A DNA stretch of 62,012 nucleotides, filler included, from Stramenopiles sp. TOSAG23-6 (taxonomy: Eukaryota): NCBI GenBank assembly GCA_900128565.1. It is 13 parts of 13 records of this genome, joined end to end, with 100 filler letters (N's around TTAATTAATTAA, not from the genome) between each part and the next. Parts side by side here need not be neighbours in the genome. Positions count along the whole stretch, not along the records: positions 9,565 to 14,246 come from LT637085.1; positions 14,347 to 19,028 come from LT637086.1; positions 19,129 to 23,810 come from LT637087.1; positions 23,911 to 28,592 come from LT637088.1; 9 more parts are not named here. One strand, 5' to 3'. The notes beneath the pieces are model-generated. The model was not told the origin of the DNA. It searched no databases and saw only the letters and a program-made list of their open reading frames with translations. This document shows positions 12,764 to 25,185 of this stretch, piece after piece. The first letter of the stretch is position 1. Each line of letters opens with the position of its first letter. A program made the translations under genes and the position numbers.

Positions 12764-13666
12764 ATGCCCGACGGAATCGCACCAATATTAAAACCATATA
12801 TATGTGGTGGATCTTCTGCTATGTTTGCCTCTGCTTGTATTCATCCAATTGATTTAACAAAGGTGAGGTTGCAACTCATTGGAGAGGGTACCAAAGGCGT
12901 TCCCCGTCCTTCGGCAATCGCTGTCATGAAAATGGTTGCTGAGAAGGAAGGTGTCCGGGCTCTTTATTCTGGATTAAGTGCCTCCTTAACTCGCCAAGCA
13001 ACATATGGTACTGCGCGTATTGGATTACACACTGCTTTTTCAGAAAAGTTGAAGGAACGGAACGGTGGTGGTCCTATTCCACTCATCCAGAAGTTTGGTT
13101 CCAGTTTTGTTTCTGGTGCTATAGCTTCTATGATTGGAAATCCTTTTGATGTAGCATTAGTTCGCATGCAGTCTGATGGCTTGAAAGTTGCATCTGAACG
13201 CAGAGGTTACAGTGGTGTTTTTAATGCTGTATTCCGTATTATAAAAGAAGAAGGGTTTTTTTCGCTGTATCACGGCTATCCCCCAACTTTACTACGTGCA
13301 ATTGCGATGAATGTAGGTATGATGATGACTTATGATCAAGTGAAAGAAACTGTCACGGATTTAAATGGAGATGGACTTTCAACACAACTTATTTCTTCCG
13401 CAGGTGCTGGATTCGCGTGTGCTTTTTTATCTCTTCCCTTTGATTTGATGAAAACACGGTTACAGAATATGAAGATGGACCCTGTCACAAAGAAGATGCC
13501 TTACACAGGTTTAGCAAACTGTTTTACCACTATTTTAAGGAAAGAAGGAGTTTTTTCTTTCTGGCGCGGTTTCGGAGCTTTTTATAGTCGATGTGCTCCT
13601 CATGCAATGATTATACTTATGATCCGAGAAAGATTGACTAATTTGTATGAGCAAACTTTATGCTAG
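12764..13666 (+). CDS. Duplicate of the mitochondrial carrier
   Basis: Identical contig copy 3. Confidence 0.93.
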   Translation: MPDGIAPILKPYICGGSSAMFASACIHPIDLTKVRLQLIGEGTKGVPRPSAIAVMKMVAEKEGVRALYSGLSASLTRQATYGTARIGLHTAFSEKLKERNGGGPIPLIQKFGSSFVSGAIASMIGNPFDVALVRMQSDGLKVASERRGYSGVFNAVFRIIKEEGFFSLYHGYPPTLLRAIAMNVGMMMTYDQVKETVTDLNGDGLSTQLISSAGAGFACAFLSLPFDLMKTRLQNMKMDPVTKKMPYTGLANCFTTILRKEGVFSFWRGFGAFYSRCAPHAMIILMIRERLTNLYEQTLC

Positions 13667-14412
13667 AGACTTTAGTCAGAATTTTTGAAGAATGAAATAT
13701 GAATGAAATATGAATAAACTTTATGCCACATCCCGAACCGTAATGAACTTCATACCACAACTTATTTCATTTAAATATTTTTAAAAATATGTAGCGCGTT
13801 TTTTACGTTTTTTTGTATCAATAAAATTCAGTAGACATTTATTTATCATAAAATATTTAGAAAAAAAACACAAGCACCTAATCATGATTTCTAATAAAAT
13901 ATTCAAATATCAAACACAAGCATTTAATCATGCATTTATTGCTTGTATAGGTTATATGTAACACATCACGTGGGTGACCAAGCACCTAATCTAGTATCAA
14001 ACACAAGCCGTAGTTCATTCATATATCGTTTGTAGTTTTTTGCTTCTATATGTTTTAATATCTCACAAATGATCAAAACAAAAAAGGGACAAATGTAATG
14101 TAAAGACATATTCTAAGAAATATATTCGTTTGTTATAGAATTTGGTATGAAAAAGTAATTAGGGTTTCAAAAGTACATTTAAAAATTAAAAATTGAAATG
14201 AATATTGAAATGAATATTGAAATGAATATTGAAATGAATATTGAAANNNNNNNNNNNNNNNNNNNNNNNNNNNNNNNNNNNNNNNNNNNNTTAATTAATT
14301 AANNNNNNNNNNNNNNNNNNNNNNNNNNNNNNNNNNNNNNNNNNNNTCATACGAAATTTCGTACCTAACATTTTTTTTTAGATTTTTGTTGAAATATTTT
14401 TCCACAATACTT

Positions 14413-15137
14413 TAACGTTATTTCAGATTTTGGTATCAAATGGCGAAGTTGATAAATATCAAGCAAATCAAATGCTTTCTCATTATTGCACTAATCTCGG
14501 TGATTCCATTTCTTTCATGAAAAAATATTGTACTTCAATAAGGGATATACCAAATTCTGAAACATTTTCAATATTTATTGGCTTTGCATCAATATATGGT
14601 CATATTAAAAATACTAAAAATACTAAAAATACTAAAACTGATAATAATAATTTGTGTGTGGGTAATAATAGCATTGAAGAAATATACAAAATCGCATCGA
14701 AATATTCACAAAGTAATAGTTTAAAAAATACACTTAAAATTGTAAATAAAGAAGAATCTATTCGGATGTCTGTATCAAAATTAAGACAATTTTGTAAATG
14801 GGGCATTGAAGGAGAAGAAGCAGCACAAAAACTGTATGATAGCCTAGTTGAATTCAATATGGTGACAAGTCGCCACCATGAATTGATGATGTTTCATGAT
14901 GCATTGAAGCGAGGTCCAGATGGTTTGAAGATCTTATTAAACACTCTCAATCGAAACAATGAAAATGAGCATAGTACGAAGCCTAGAATCTCTTCAAAGC
15001 ATAAAATAGATGATGATAAAATAGAAATCTCTTCAAAGCATAAAATAGATGATAAAAAAATAGAAATCTCTCCAGGAGATGATGTAAGAAAAATTGACCA
15101 AATACCAAATTGGATCTTGGAATGGAATAAAAAATAA
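14413..15137 (+). CDS. Duplicate of 67-791
   Basis: Identical contig copy 4. Confidence 0.6.
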
Positions 15138-15196
15138 ACAGTAAATTTTAAATTTGACAAAATGGTTTTAATTTCTACTCATAAACACCTTTAAAA

Positions 15197-16261
15197 CTAG
15201 TCTTCTTGTAGATTTACCCATCTCAATACTCGCATTAACTCTTGAATACGATCGACATTGTCAACCATTTGTTGACATACACGTATTATGAAAAAATATT
15301 TCAAAAAAAAATTCGTTAGGTACAAAATTTCGTATGAAAACAAAATTAAATTAGAAATTCATATAAAACATACACTATCAAGAACTGTGGCTTTATGCCA
15401 TGGACAAGGTGGATTTTGACCTCTTAACCATTGTAATATTTCTAAATGACCATGCATAGCTGCCATACTACACAGAGCGCCATTCCATGGGCATGGAGGA
15501 TTTTGGCTTCTTAACCATTGTAACATAAGAAGATTGCCTTTCATCACAGATACAAAGCAGGTATTTCGATCCCATGGACAAGGTGGATTTTGATTTCTTA
15601 ACCATTGTAATACTTCTAAATTACCACTACGAGCTGCATTGGTACACACTCTTTCACTCCAGGGGCACGGTGGATTTTGAGTTCTTAACCATCGTAACAT
15701 TTCTAAGTTACCACTCAGAGCGGCATAATTACATGCATCTTCATCCCATGGGCAAGGCGGATTTTGACTTCTTAACCATCGTAATGTTTCAAATTTGTTA
15801 TCCAATGCTGCTATACGACATGCATCTGCATTCCATGGACAAGGTGGATCTTGGCTTCTTAACCACAGTAATATTTCAAAGTTACCACTCCCAATTGCTT
15901 CGGTACACACACTCTCATCCCACGGACATGGCGGTGTTTGACTTCTTACCCATTTTAATACTTCTAACTGACCCTTTTCAGCTGCATACGTACATGATTC
16001 ACCCCACGGGCAAGGTGGTTTCCGACTTCTTAACCATTTTAAAAAGTCCAAGTCACCTTCCTCAGATGCTTTACAACACGTCACTCTACCCCAATCAGCA
16101 CCCACCAACCAAGGCCGTTGCGAATCATTTGAAACAACTCTACCTGAGAGTCTGTCTTTTAGACATAAATAGCTGGTAATTATAACTGCTGGACCTAGCC
16201 CACTTAGTACCAGTTGTAGAACCTCTTCTTCGTGCTTTGTTCGCTTTCGTTGTAAAGACAT
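15197..16261 (-). CDS. Duplicate of the PPCPW ankyrin-like protein
   Basis: Identical contig copy 4. Confidence 0.85.
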
Positions 16262-16513
16262 TATAATTGCAGACTTATGAAGTCACTTGTTACAAGAAAG
16301 GAGGAGAAACAACTGTGTCCAATCAATTCTCTTTTTAGCAGAATAGCAGAATTGCAAAAATCAAATCTGACTGACAAAACCCTAACCCTTATATATAAAT
16401 CCCAATCTAAATCAATCGTACGTATTATTTGATTATTTTTTTTTATTATTATTCAGAAACATGAATGTATGGCTAATCTGGGCATAAAATGAAAAAGATG
16501 CTTTGAATCATGA

Positions 16514-17278
16514 TTACTTTTTTTGTTTTCTATTTTCTTTACAGTATGGTTTATGTCTTTGCCAATCATTTCTCTGACAGATTTCGGAGCAGTACAAAGC
16601 ACCCCGACATTTTGAACACATTTTAAATTTTTTGTGTGTATCTTCTTTGTAGCACACTTTGCAATGATAAACTTTAAATTGAGACAAACATAACCGCGTT
16701 TCAAAATCTGTTTCTTCAGTGACTTGCTTTCGACATTTTTTTATAAGTTTTCTATTTTCTTCGAAATCTCGAGAAACACCATAACCATTTGAATAACAAA
16801 CGCCAAGATTTAACTGAGCATTCATATTGCCTTGTTTTGCAGATAATTTATACCATTTTATAGCTTTTTTGTAACTTTGAAGTACACCAAAACCAGTTTC
16901 GTAACAACTGCCGATGCTAAATTGGGCCCGGTCAAAGCCTTGTTTGGCAGATTTTCCCCACCAGTATGCTGCCTTTTCTGCACATTTCGTTACTCCATGA
17001 GCATTTTCATAGCAACTACCTAAATTATATTGTGCTTTCATGTGACCTTGAACCGCAGCCTTTTCCCACAACATAGCTGCAAGCACATAGTTCCTTTCAA
17101 CGCCTTGACTTTGATGATATGCTGTACCAAGAAAATATTGTGCATACATATCATTTTTCTTTACCTGAGACTTCAACTGTCTTATATCGGCAAGGTCATA
17201 GACCTGTTGTTTCCCAATTAGCCGTTGTTGGTCTTTAATGGACACATGGTAGTCTTCATTGTCATATTTAATGACCAT
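16514..17278 (-). CDS. Duplicate of the SEL1+MYND protein
   Basis: Identical contig copy 4. Confidence 0.9.
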   Translation of the reverse strand: MVIKYDNEDYHVSIKDQQRLIGKQQVYDLADIRQLKSQVKKNDMYAQYFLGTAYHQSQGVERNYVLAAMLWEKAAVQGHMKAQYNLGSCYENAHGVTKCAEKAAYWWGKSAKQGFDRAQFSIGSCYETGFGVLQSYKKAIKWYKLSAKQGNMNAQLNLGVCYSNGYGVSRDFEENRKLIKKCRKQVTEETDFETRLCLSQFKVYHCKVCYKEDTHKKFKMCSKCRGALYCSEICQRNDWQRHKPYCKENRKQKK

Positions 17279-17545
17279 TTGGAAGTCTTTATTGTCCACT
17301 TATTTGTCTTTTTTTTCTATCCTTTGCGCGCAGAGGAACCACTTGGAGTTGTGACGAGGGAACGAGCGTATTGAGCGTATTTTTCGAAACCAAAACGAAC
17401 TAAATTCGAAATTGGTCAAAATATAACAGTTCTAGCTAAAACACGTGTTCAAAGTGCTCTCTAATCCACTCGATCTGGATTAAGTGCCTCCTTAACTCGC
17501 CAAGCAACACGCCGAATACACTTCGATATAATCTTTACTTTTAGA

Positions 17546-18448
17546 ATGCCCGACGGAATCGCACCAATATTAAAACCATATATATGTGGTGGATCTTCTG
17601 CTATGTTTGCCTCTGCTTGTATTCATCCAATTGATTTAACAAAGGTGAGGTTGCAACTCATTGGAGAGGGTACCAAAGGCGTTCCCCGTCCTTCGGCAAT
17701 CGCTGTCATGAAAATGGTTGCTGAGAAGGAAGGTGTCCGGGCTCTTTATTCTGGATTAAGTGCCTCCTTAACTCGCCAAGCAACATATGGTACTGCGCGT
17801 ATTGGATTACACACTGCTTTTTCAGAAAAGTTGAAGGAACGGAACGGTGGTGGTCCTATTCCACTCATCCAGAAGTTTGGTTCCAGTTTTGTTTCTGGTG
17901 CTATAGCTTCTATGATTGGAAATCCTTTTGATGTAGCATTAGTTCGCATGCAGTCTGATGGCTTGAAAGTTGCATCTGAACGCAGAGGTTACAGTGGTGT
18001 TTTTAATGCTGTATTCCGTATTATAAAAGAAGAAGGGTTTTTTTCGCTGTATCACGGCTATCCCCCAACTTTACTACGTGCAATTGCGATGAATGTAGGT
18101 ATGATGATGACTTATGATCAAGTGAAAGAAACTGTCACGGATTTAAATGGAGATGGACTTTCAACACAACTTATTTCTTCCGCAGGTGCTGGATTCGCGT
18201 GTGCTTTTTTATCTCTTCCCTTTGATTTGATGAAAACACGGTTACAGAATATGAAGATGGACCCTGTCACAAAGAAGATGCCTTACACAGGTTTAGCAAA
18301 CTGTTTTACCACTATTTTAAGGAAAGAAGGAGTTTTTTCTTTCTGGCGCGGTTTCGGAGCTTTTTATAGTCGATGTGCTCCTCATGCAATGATTATACTT
18401 ATGATCCGAGAAAGATTGACTAATTTGTATGAGCAAACTTTATGCTAG
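17546..18448 (+). CDS. Duplicate of the mitochondrial carrier
   Basis: Identical contig copy 4. Confidence 0.93.
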   Translation: MPDGIAPILKPYICGGSSAMFASACIHPIDLTKVRLQLIGEGTKGVPRPSAIAVMKMVAEKEGVRALYSGLSASLTRQATYGTARIGLHTAFSEKLKERNGGGPIPLIQKFGSSFVSGAIASMIGNPFDVALVRMQSDGLKVASERRGYSGVFNAVFRIIKEEGFFSLYHGYPPTLLRAIAMNVGMMMTYDQVKETVTDLNGDGLSTQLISSAGAGFACAFLSLPFDLMKTRLQNMKMDPVTKKMPYTGLANCFTTILRKEGVFSFWRGFGAFYSRCAPHAMIILMIRERLTNLYEQTLC

Positions 18449-19194
18449 AGACTTTAGTCAGAATTTTTGAAGAATGAAATATGAATGAAATATGAATAAA
18501 CTTTATGCCACATCCCGAACCGTAATGAACTTCATACCACAACTTATTTCATTTAAATATTTTTAAAAATATGTAGCGCGTTTTTTACGTTTTTTTGTAT
18601 CAATAAAATTCAGTAGACATTTATTTATCATAAAATATTTAGAAAAAAAACACAAGCACCTAATCATGATTTCTAATAAAATATTCAAATATCAAACACA
18701 AGCATTTAATCATGCATTTATTGCTTGTATAGGTTATATGTAACACATCACGTGGGTGACCAAGCACCTAATCTAGTATCAAACACAAGCCGTAGTTCAT
18801 TCATATATCGTTTGTAGTTTTTTGCTTCTATATGTTTTAATATCTCACAAATGATCAAAACAAAAAAGGGACAAATGTAATGTAAAGACATATTCTAAGA
18901 AATATATTCGTTTGTTATAGAATTTGGTATGAAAAAGTAATTAGGGTTTCAAAAGTACATTTAAAAATTAAAAATTGAAATGAATATTGAAATGAATATT
19001 GAAATGAATATTGAAATGAATATTGAAANNNNNNNNNNNNNNNNNNNNNNNNNNNNNNNNNNNNNNNNNNNNTTAATTAATTAANNNNNNNNNNNNNNNN
19101 NNNNNNNNNNNNNNNNNNNNNNNNNNNNTCATACGAAATTTCGTACCTAACATTTTTTTTTAGATTTTTGTTGAAATATTTTTCCACAATACTT

Positions 19195-19919
19195 TAACGT
19201 TATTTCAGATTTTGGTATCAAATGGCGAAGTTGATAAATATCAAGCAAATCAAATGCTTTCTCATTATTGCACTAATCTCGGTGATTCCATTTCTTTCAT
19301 GAAAAAATATTGTACTTCAATAAGGGATATACCAAATTCTGAAACATTTTCAATATTTATTGGCTTTGCATCAATATATGGTCATATTAAAAATACTAAA
19401 AATACTAAAAATACTAAAACTGATAATAATAATTTGTGTGTGGGTAATAATAGCATTGAAGAAATATACAAAATCGCATCGAAATATTCACAAAGTAATA
19501 GTTTAAAAAATACACTTAAAATTGTAAATAAAGAAGAATCTATTCGGATGTCTGTATCAAAATTAAGACAATTTTGTAAATGGGGCATTGAAGGAGAAGA
19601 AGCAGCACAAAAACTGTATGATAGCCTAGTTGAATTCAATATGGTGACAAGTCGCCACCATGAATTGATGATGTTTCATGATGCATTGAAGCGAGGTCCA
19701 GATGGTTTGAAGATCTTATTAAACACTCTCAATCGAAACAATGAAAATGAGCATAGTACGAAGCCTAGAATCTCTTCAAAGCATAAAATAGATGATGATA
19801 AAATAGAAATCTCTTCAAAGCATAAAATAGATGATAAAAAAATAGAAATCTCTCCAGGAGATGATGTAAGAAAAATTGACCAAATACCAAATTGGATCTT
19901 GGAATGGAATAAAAAATAA
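19195..19919 (+). CDS. Duplicate of 67-791
   Basis: Identical contig copy 5. Confidence 0.6.
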
Positions 19920-19978
19920 ACAGTAAATTTTAAATTTGACAAAATGGTTTTAATTTCTACTCATAAACACCTTTAAAA

Positions 19979-21043
19979 CTAGTCTTCTTGTAGATTTACC
20001 CATCTCAATACTCGCATTAACTCTTGAATACGATCGACATTGTCAACCATTTGTTGACATACACGTATTATGAAAAAATATTTCAAAAAAAAATTCGTTA
20101 GGTACAAAATTTCGTATGAAAACAAAATTAAATTAGAAATTCATATAAAACATACACTATCAAGAACTGTGGCTTTATGCCATGGACAAGGTGGATTTTG
20201 ACCTCTTAACCATTGTAATATTTCTAAATGACCATGCATAGCTGCCATACTACACAGAGCGCCATTCCATGGGCATGGAGGATTTTGGCTTCTTAACCAT
20301 TGTAACATAAGAAGATTGCCTTTCATCACAGATACAAAGCAGGTATTTCGATCCCATGGACAAGGTGGATTTTGATTTCTTAACCATTGTAATACTTCTA
20401 AATTACCACTACGAGCTGCATTGGTACACACTCTTTCACTCCAGGGGCACGGTGGATTTTGAGTTCTTAACCATCGTAACATTTCTAAGTTACCACTCAG
20501 AGCGGCATAATTACATGCATCTTCATCCCATGGGCAAGGCGGATTTTGACTTCTTAACCATCGTAATGTTTCAAATTTGTTATCCAATGCTGCTATACGA
20601 CATGCATCTGCATTCCATGGACAAGGTGGATCTTGGCTTCTTAACCACAGTAATATTTCAAAGTTACCACTCCCAATTGCTTCGGTACACACACTCTCAT
20701 CCCACGGACATGGCGGTGTTTGACTTCTTACCCATTTTAATACTTCTAACTGACCCTTTTCAGCTGCATACGTACATGATTCACCCCACGGGCAAGGTGG
20801 TTTCCGACTTCTTAACCATTTTAAAAAGTCCAAGTCACCTTCCTCAGATGCTTTACAACACGTCACTCTACCCCAATCAGCACCCACCAACCAAGGCCGT
20901 TGCGAATCATTTGAAACAACTCTACCTGAGAGTCTGTCTTTTAGACATAAATAGCTGGTAATTATAACTGCTGGACCTAGCCCACTTAGTACCAGTTGTA
21001 GAACCTCTTCTTCGTGCTTTGTTCGCTTTCGTTGTAAAGACAT
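19979..21043 (-). CDS. Duplicate of the PPCPW ankyrin-like protein
   Basis: Identical contig copy 5. Confidence 0.85.
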
Positions 21044-21295
21044 TATAATTGCAGACTTATGAAGTCACTTGTTACAAGAAAGGAGGAGAAACAACTGTGT
21101 CCAATCAATTCTCTTTTTAGCAGAATAGCAGAATTGCAAAAATCAAATCTGACTGACAAAACCCTAACCCTTATATATAAATCCCAATCTAAATCAATCG
21201 TACGTATTATTTGATTATTTTTTTTTATTATTATTCAGAAACATGAATGTATGGCTAATCTGGGCATAAAATGAAAAAGATGCTTTGAATCATGA

Positions 21296-22060
21296 TTACT
21301 TTTTTTGTTTTCTATTTTCTTTACAGTATGGTTTATGTCTTTGCCAATCATTTCTCTGACAGATTTCGGAGCAGTACAAAGCACCCCGACATTTTGAACA
21401 CATTTTAAATTTTTTGTGTGTATCTTCTTTGTAGCACACTTTGCAATGATAAACTTTAAATTGAGACAAACATAACCGCGTTTCAAAATCTGTTTCTTCA
21501 GTGACTTGCTTTCGACATTTTTTTATAAGTTTTCTATTTTCTTCGAAATCTCGAGAAACACCATAACCATTTGAATAACAAACGCCAAGATTTAACTGAG
21601 CATTCATATTGCCTTGTTTTGCAGATAATTTATACCATTTTATAGCTTTTTTGTAACTTTGAAGTACACCAAAACCAGTTTCGTAACAACTGCCGATGCT
21701 AAATTGGGCCCGGTCAAAGCCTTGTTTGGCAGATTTTCCCCACCAGTATGCTGCCTTTTCTGCACATTTCGTTACTCCATGAGCATTTTCATAGCAACTA
21801 CCTAAATTATATTGTGCTTTCATGTGACCTTGAACCGCAGCCTTTTCCCACAACATAGCTGCAAGCACATAGTTCCTTTCAACGCCTTGACTTTGATGAT
21901 ATGCTGTACCAAGAAAATATTGTGCATACATATCATTTTTCTTTACCTGAGACTTCAACTGTCTTATATCGGCAAGGTCATAGACCTGTTGTTTCCCAAT
22001 TAGCCGTTGTTGGTCTTTAATGGACACATGGTAGTCTTCATTGTCATATTTAATGACCAT
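21296..22060 (-). CDS. Duplicate of the SEL1+MYND protein
   Basis: Identical contig copy 5. Confidence 0.9.
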   Translation of the reverse strand: MVIKYDNEDYHVSIKDQQRLIGKQQVYDLADIRQLKSQVKKNDMYAQYFLGTAYHQSQGVERNYVLAAMLWEKAAVQGHMKAQYNLGSCYENAHGVTKCAEKAAYWWGKSAKQGFDRAQFSIGSCYETGFGVLQSYKKAIKWYKLSAKQGNMNAQLNLGVCYSNGYGVSRDFEENRKLIKKCRKQVTEETDFETRLCLSQFKVYHCKVCYKEDTHKKFKMCSKCRGALYCSEICQRNDWQRHKPYCKENRKQKK

Positions 22061-22327
22061 TTGGAAGTCTTTATTGTCCACTTATTTGTCTTTTTTTTCT
22101 ATCCTTTGCGCGCAGAGGAACCACTTGGAGTTGTGACGAGGGAACGAGCGTATTGAGCGTATTTTTCGAAACCAAAACGAACTAAATTCGAAATTGGTCA
22201 AAATATAACAGTTCTAGCTAAAACACGTGTTCAAAGTGCTCTCTAATCCACTCGATCTGGATTAAGTGCCTCCTTAACTCGCCAAGCAACACGCCGAATA
22301 CACTTCGATATAATCTTTACTTTTAGA

Positions 22328-23230
22328 ATGCCCGACGGAATCGCACCAATATTAAAACCATATATATGTGGTGGATCTTCTGCTATGTTTGCCTCTGCTT
22401 GTATTCATCCAATTGATTTAACAAAGGTGAGGTTGCAACTCATTGGAGAGGGTACCAAAGGCGTTCCCCGTCCTTCGGCAATCGCTGTCATGAAAATGGT
22501 TGCTGAGAAGGAAGGTGTCCGGGCTCTTTATTCTGGATTAAGTGCCTCCTTAACTCGCCAAGCAACATATGGTACTGCGCGTATTGGATTACACACTGCT
22601 TTTTCAGAAAAGTTGAAGGAACGGAACGGTGGTGGTCCTATTCCACTCATCCAGAAGTTTGGTTCCAGTTTTGTTTCTGGTGCTATAGCTTCTATGATTG
22701 GAAATCCTTTTGATGTAGCATTAGTTCGCATGCAGTCTGATGGCTTGAAAGTTGCATCTGAACGCAGAGGTTACAGTGGTGTTTTTAATGCTGTATTCCG
22801 TATTATAAAAGAAGAAGGGTTTTTTTCGCTGTATCACGGCTATCCCCCAACTTTACTACGTGCAATTGCGATGAATGTAGGTATGATGATGACTTATGAT
22901 CAAGTGAAAGAAACTGTCACGGATTTAAATGGAGATGGACTTTCAACACAACTTATTTCTTCCGCAGGTGCTGGATTCGCGTGTGCTTTTTTATCTCTTC
23001 CCTTTGATTTGATGAAAACACGGTTACAGAATATGAAGATGGACCCTGTCACAAAGAAGATGCCTTACACAGGTTTAGCAAACTGTTTTACCACTATTTT
23101 AAGGAAAGAAGGAGTTTTTTCTTTCTGGCGCGGTTTCGGAGCTTTTTATAGTCGATGTGCTCCTCATGCAATGATTATACTTATGATCCGAGAAAGATTG
23201 ACTAATTTGTATGAGCAAACTTTATGCTAG
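22328..23230 (+). CDS. Duplicate of the mitochondrial carrier
   Basis: Identical contig copy 5. Confidence 0.93.
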   Translation: MPDGIAPILKPYICGGSSAMFASACIHPIDLTKVRLQLIGEGTKGVPRPSAIAVMKMVAEKEGVRALYSGLSASLTRQATYGTARIGLHTAFSEKLKERNGGGPIPLIQKFGSSFVSGAIASMIGNPFDVALVRMQSDGLKVASERRGYSGVFNAVFRIIKEEGFFSLYHGYPPTLLRAIAMNVGMMMTYDQVKETVTDLNGDGLSTQLISSAGAGFACAFLSLPFDLMKTRLQNMKMDPVTKKMPYTGLANCFTTILRKEGVFSFWRGFGAFYSRCAPHAMIILMIRERLTNLYEQTLC

Positions 23231-23910
23231 AGACTTTAGTCAGAATTTTTGAAGAATGAAATATGAATGAAATATGAATAAACTTTATGCCACATCCCGA
23301 ACCGTAATGAACTTCATACCACAACTTATTTCATTTAAATATTTTTAAAAATATGTAGCGCGTTTTTTACGTTTTTTTGTATCAATAAAATTCAGTAGAC
23401 ATTTATTTATCATAAAATATTTAGAAAAAAAACACAAGCACCTAATCATGATTTCTAATAAAATATTCAAATATCAAACACAAGCATTTAATCATGCATT
23501 TATTGCTTGTATAGGTTATATGTAACACATCACGTGGGTGACCAAGCACCTAATCTAGTATCAAACACAAGCCGTAGTTCATTCATATATCGTTTGTAGT
23601 TTTTTGCTTCTATATGTTTTAATATCTCACAAATGATCAAAACAAAAAAGGGACAAATGTAATGTAAAGACATATTCTAAGAAATATATTCGTTTGTTAT
23701 AGAATTTGGTATGAAAAAGTAATTAGGGTTTCAAAAGTACATTTAAAAATTAAAAATTGAAATGAATATTGAAATGAATATTGAAATGAATATTGAAATG
23801 AATATTGAAANNNNNNNNNNNNNNNNNNNNNNNNNNNNNNNNNNNNNNNNNNNNTTAATTAATTAANNNNNNNNNNNNNNNNNNNNNNNNNNNNNNNNNN
23901 NNNNNNNNNN

Positions 23911-24704
23911 CAGATGCTAAAGCAAAAGCCGAAGCAGATGCTAAAGCAAAAGCTGAGGCAGATGCAAAAGCAAAAGCTGAGGCAGATGCTAAAGCAAAAG
24001 CTGAGGCAGATGCAAAAGCAATAGCAGATGCAAAAGCAAAAGCTGAAGCAGATATCAAATCATCTACCAACGACCAGAAGAAGGAAAAAAAAAAACAAAT
24101 TCAGAGATGTGATAGATGCAGGGCTGGTGGTGGTTCAAGTGGACGTTCACTTAAAACAAATCCCAAATGCCAGGATTACTGTAGTCCATATAATTATTGT
24201 GGCGTAGGTGGAGCGTATGAAAGAGGCGGCACGAAATGCAGAGACCTAAAGAATATCTATTCATGGTATAAGACTGAAATTGCAAAAGATGAAGCAGATG
24301 CTAAAGCAATAGCAGATGCAAAAGCTGAAGCAGATGCTAAAGCAAAAGCTGAGGCAGATGCTAAAGCAAAAACCGAAGCAGATGCAAAAGCAAAAGCTGA
24401 AGCAGATGCTAAAACAAAAGCTGAAGCAGATGCTAAAACAAAAGCTGAAGCAGATGCTAAAGCAAAAGCCGAAGCAGATGCTAAAGCAAAAGCAAAAGCT
24501 GAAGCATTTGCAGAAGCAAAAGCTGAAGCAGATGCAAAAGCAGAGGGAAGATCTGAAGCTTTCGCAGAGCTAGCAGAATTTGCGTCGAAAGCAAATGCAA
24601 AAGCAGAGGGAAGATCTGAAGCTTTTACAGAGATAGCAAAAATCGCAGGTGAAAAAAGCAAAAGTTTGAAACCCAAGTTTACTACTGAAATTGGCTCAGG
24701 ATAG
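23911..24704 (+). CDS. 3' part of an Ala/Lys/Glu-rich protein (ADAKAKAE 24-bp repeats) with an embedded small Cys-rich module; missing from the ORF track
   Basis: Frame from 23913 is open to TAG at 24702-24704; module CDRC...[12 protein letters not shown]...C lies between two repeat blocks. Confidence 0.75.
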
Positions 24705-25123
24705 CTAGTATGGGAATGCGATGCTGCAGTTCCTAACTATTAATAATAAAAAACTTTATAGTATATTTTTTTCGCTTTGTGGTACAAAATTTGTTTCTTA
24801 ATCGAATTTGGAATTTTTTGTGTCTGTCAAACTAGCTCTTTCTCGTTAATTCGACTATTGTTATTCTTCTTTACTAACCCCACATTGTAGGTAATGAAAT
24901 TCATATAAAAAGTGTTGAATAAAAATCGATCTAAATTATTTATTGAAATAATTCAAAACAAATAAAATGATGTTAAATAGAATCTGAATACAAAATATTT
25001 ATTGGGGAATTTTAATTTTGCAGTAATAAAGAAATCATTTGATGTCAATTTATTTTGTGTATATACACATTTTATGTTGAGCTTTGTCGTACATCAAAAG
25101 ATGCAGTGTTTTCAGTGTTGATA

Positions 25124-25155
<32 letters not shown>

Positions 25156-25179
25156 TGGAGAGAGAGAGAGATGGAGAGA
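25124..25179. repeat. Compound (GT)n(GA)n microsatellite
   Basis: Direct reading. Confidence 0.9.
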
Positions 25180-25185
25180 CGCGTT

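Larger units (their letters stand above)
1..23810. repeat. Five identical copies of one 4682-bp contig (1-4682, 4783-9464, 9565-14246, 14347-19028, 19129-23810)
   Basis: Period of 4782 nt with identical ORF translations; each copy is separated by the artificial spacer. Confidence 0.98.

Noticed and set aside
1-23810. Five-fold tandem gene amplification
   Set aside because: Copies are identical, start and end at the same base, are separated by artificial spacers and sit in a length-sorted list, so this is redundancy in the assembly file.
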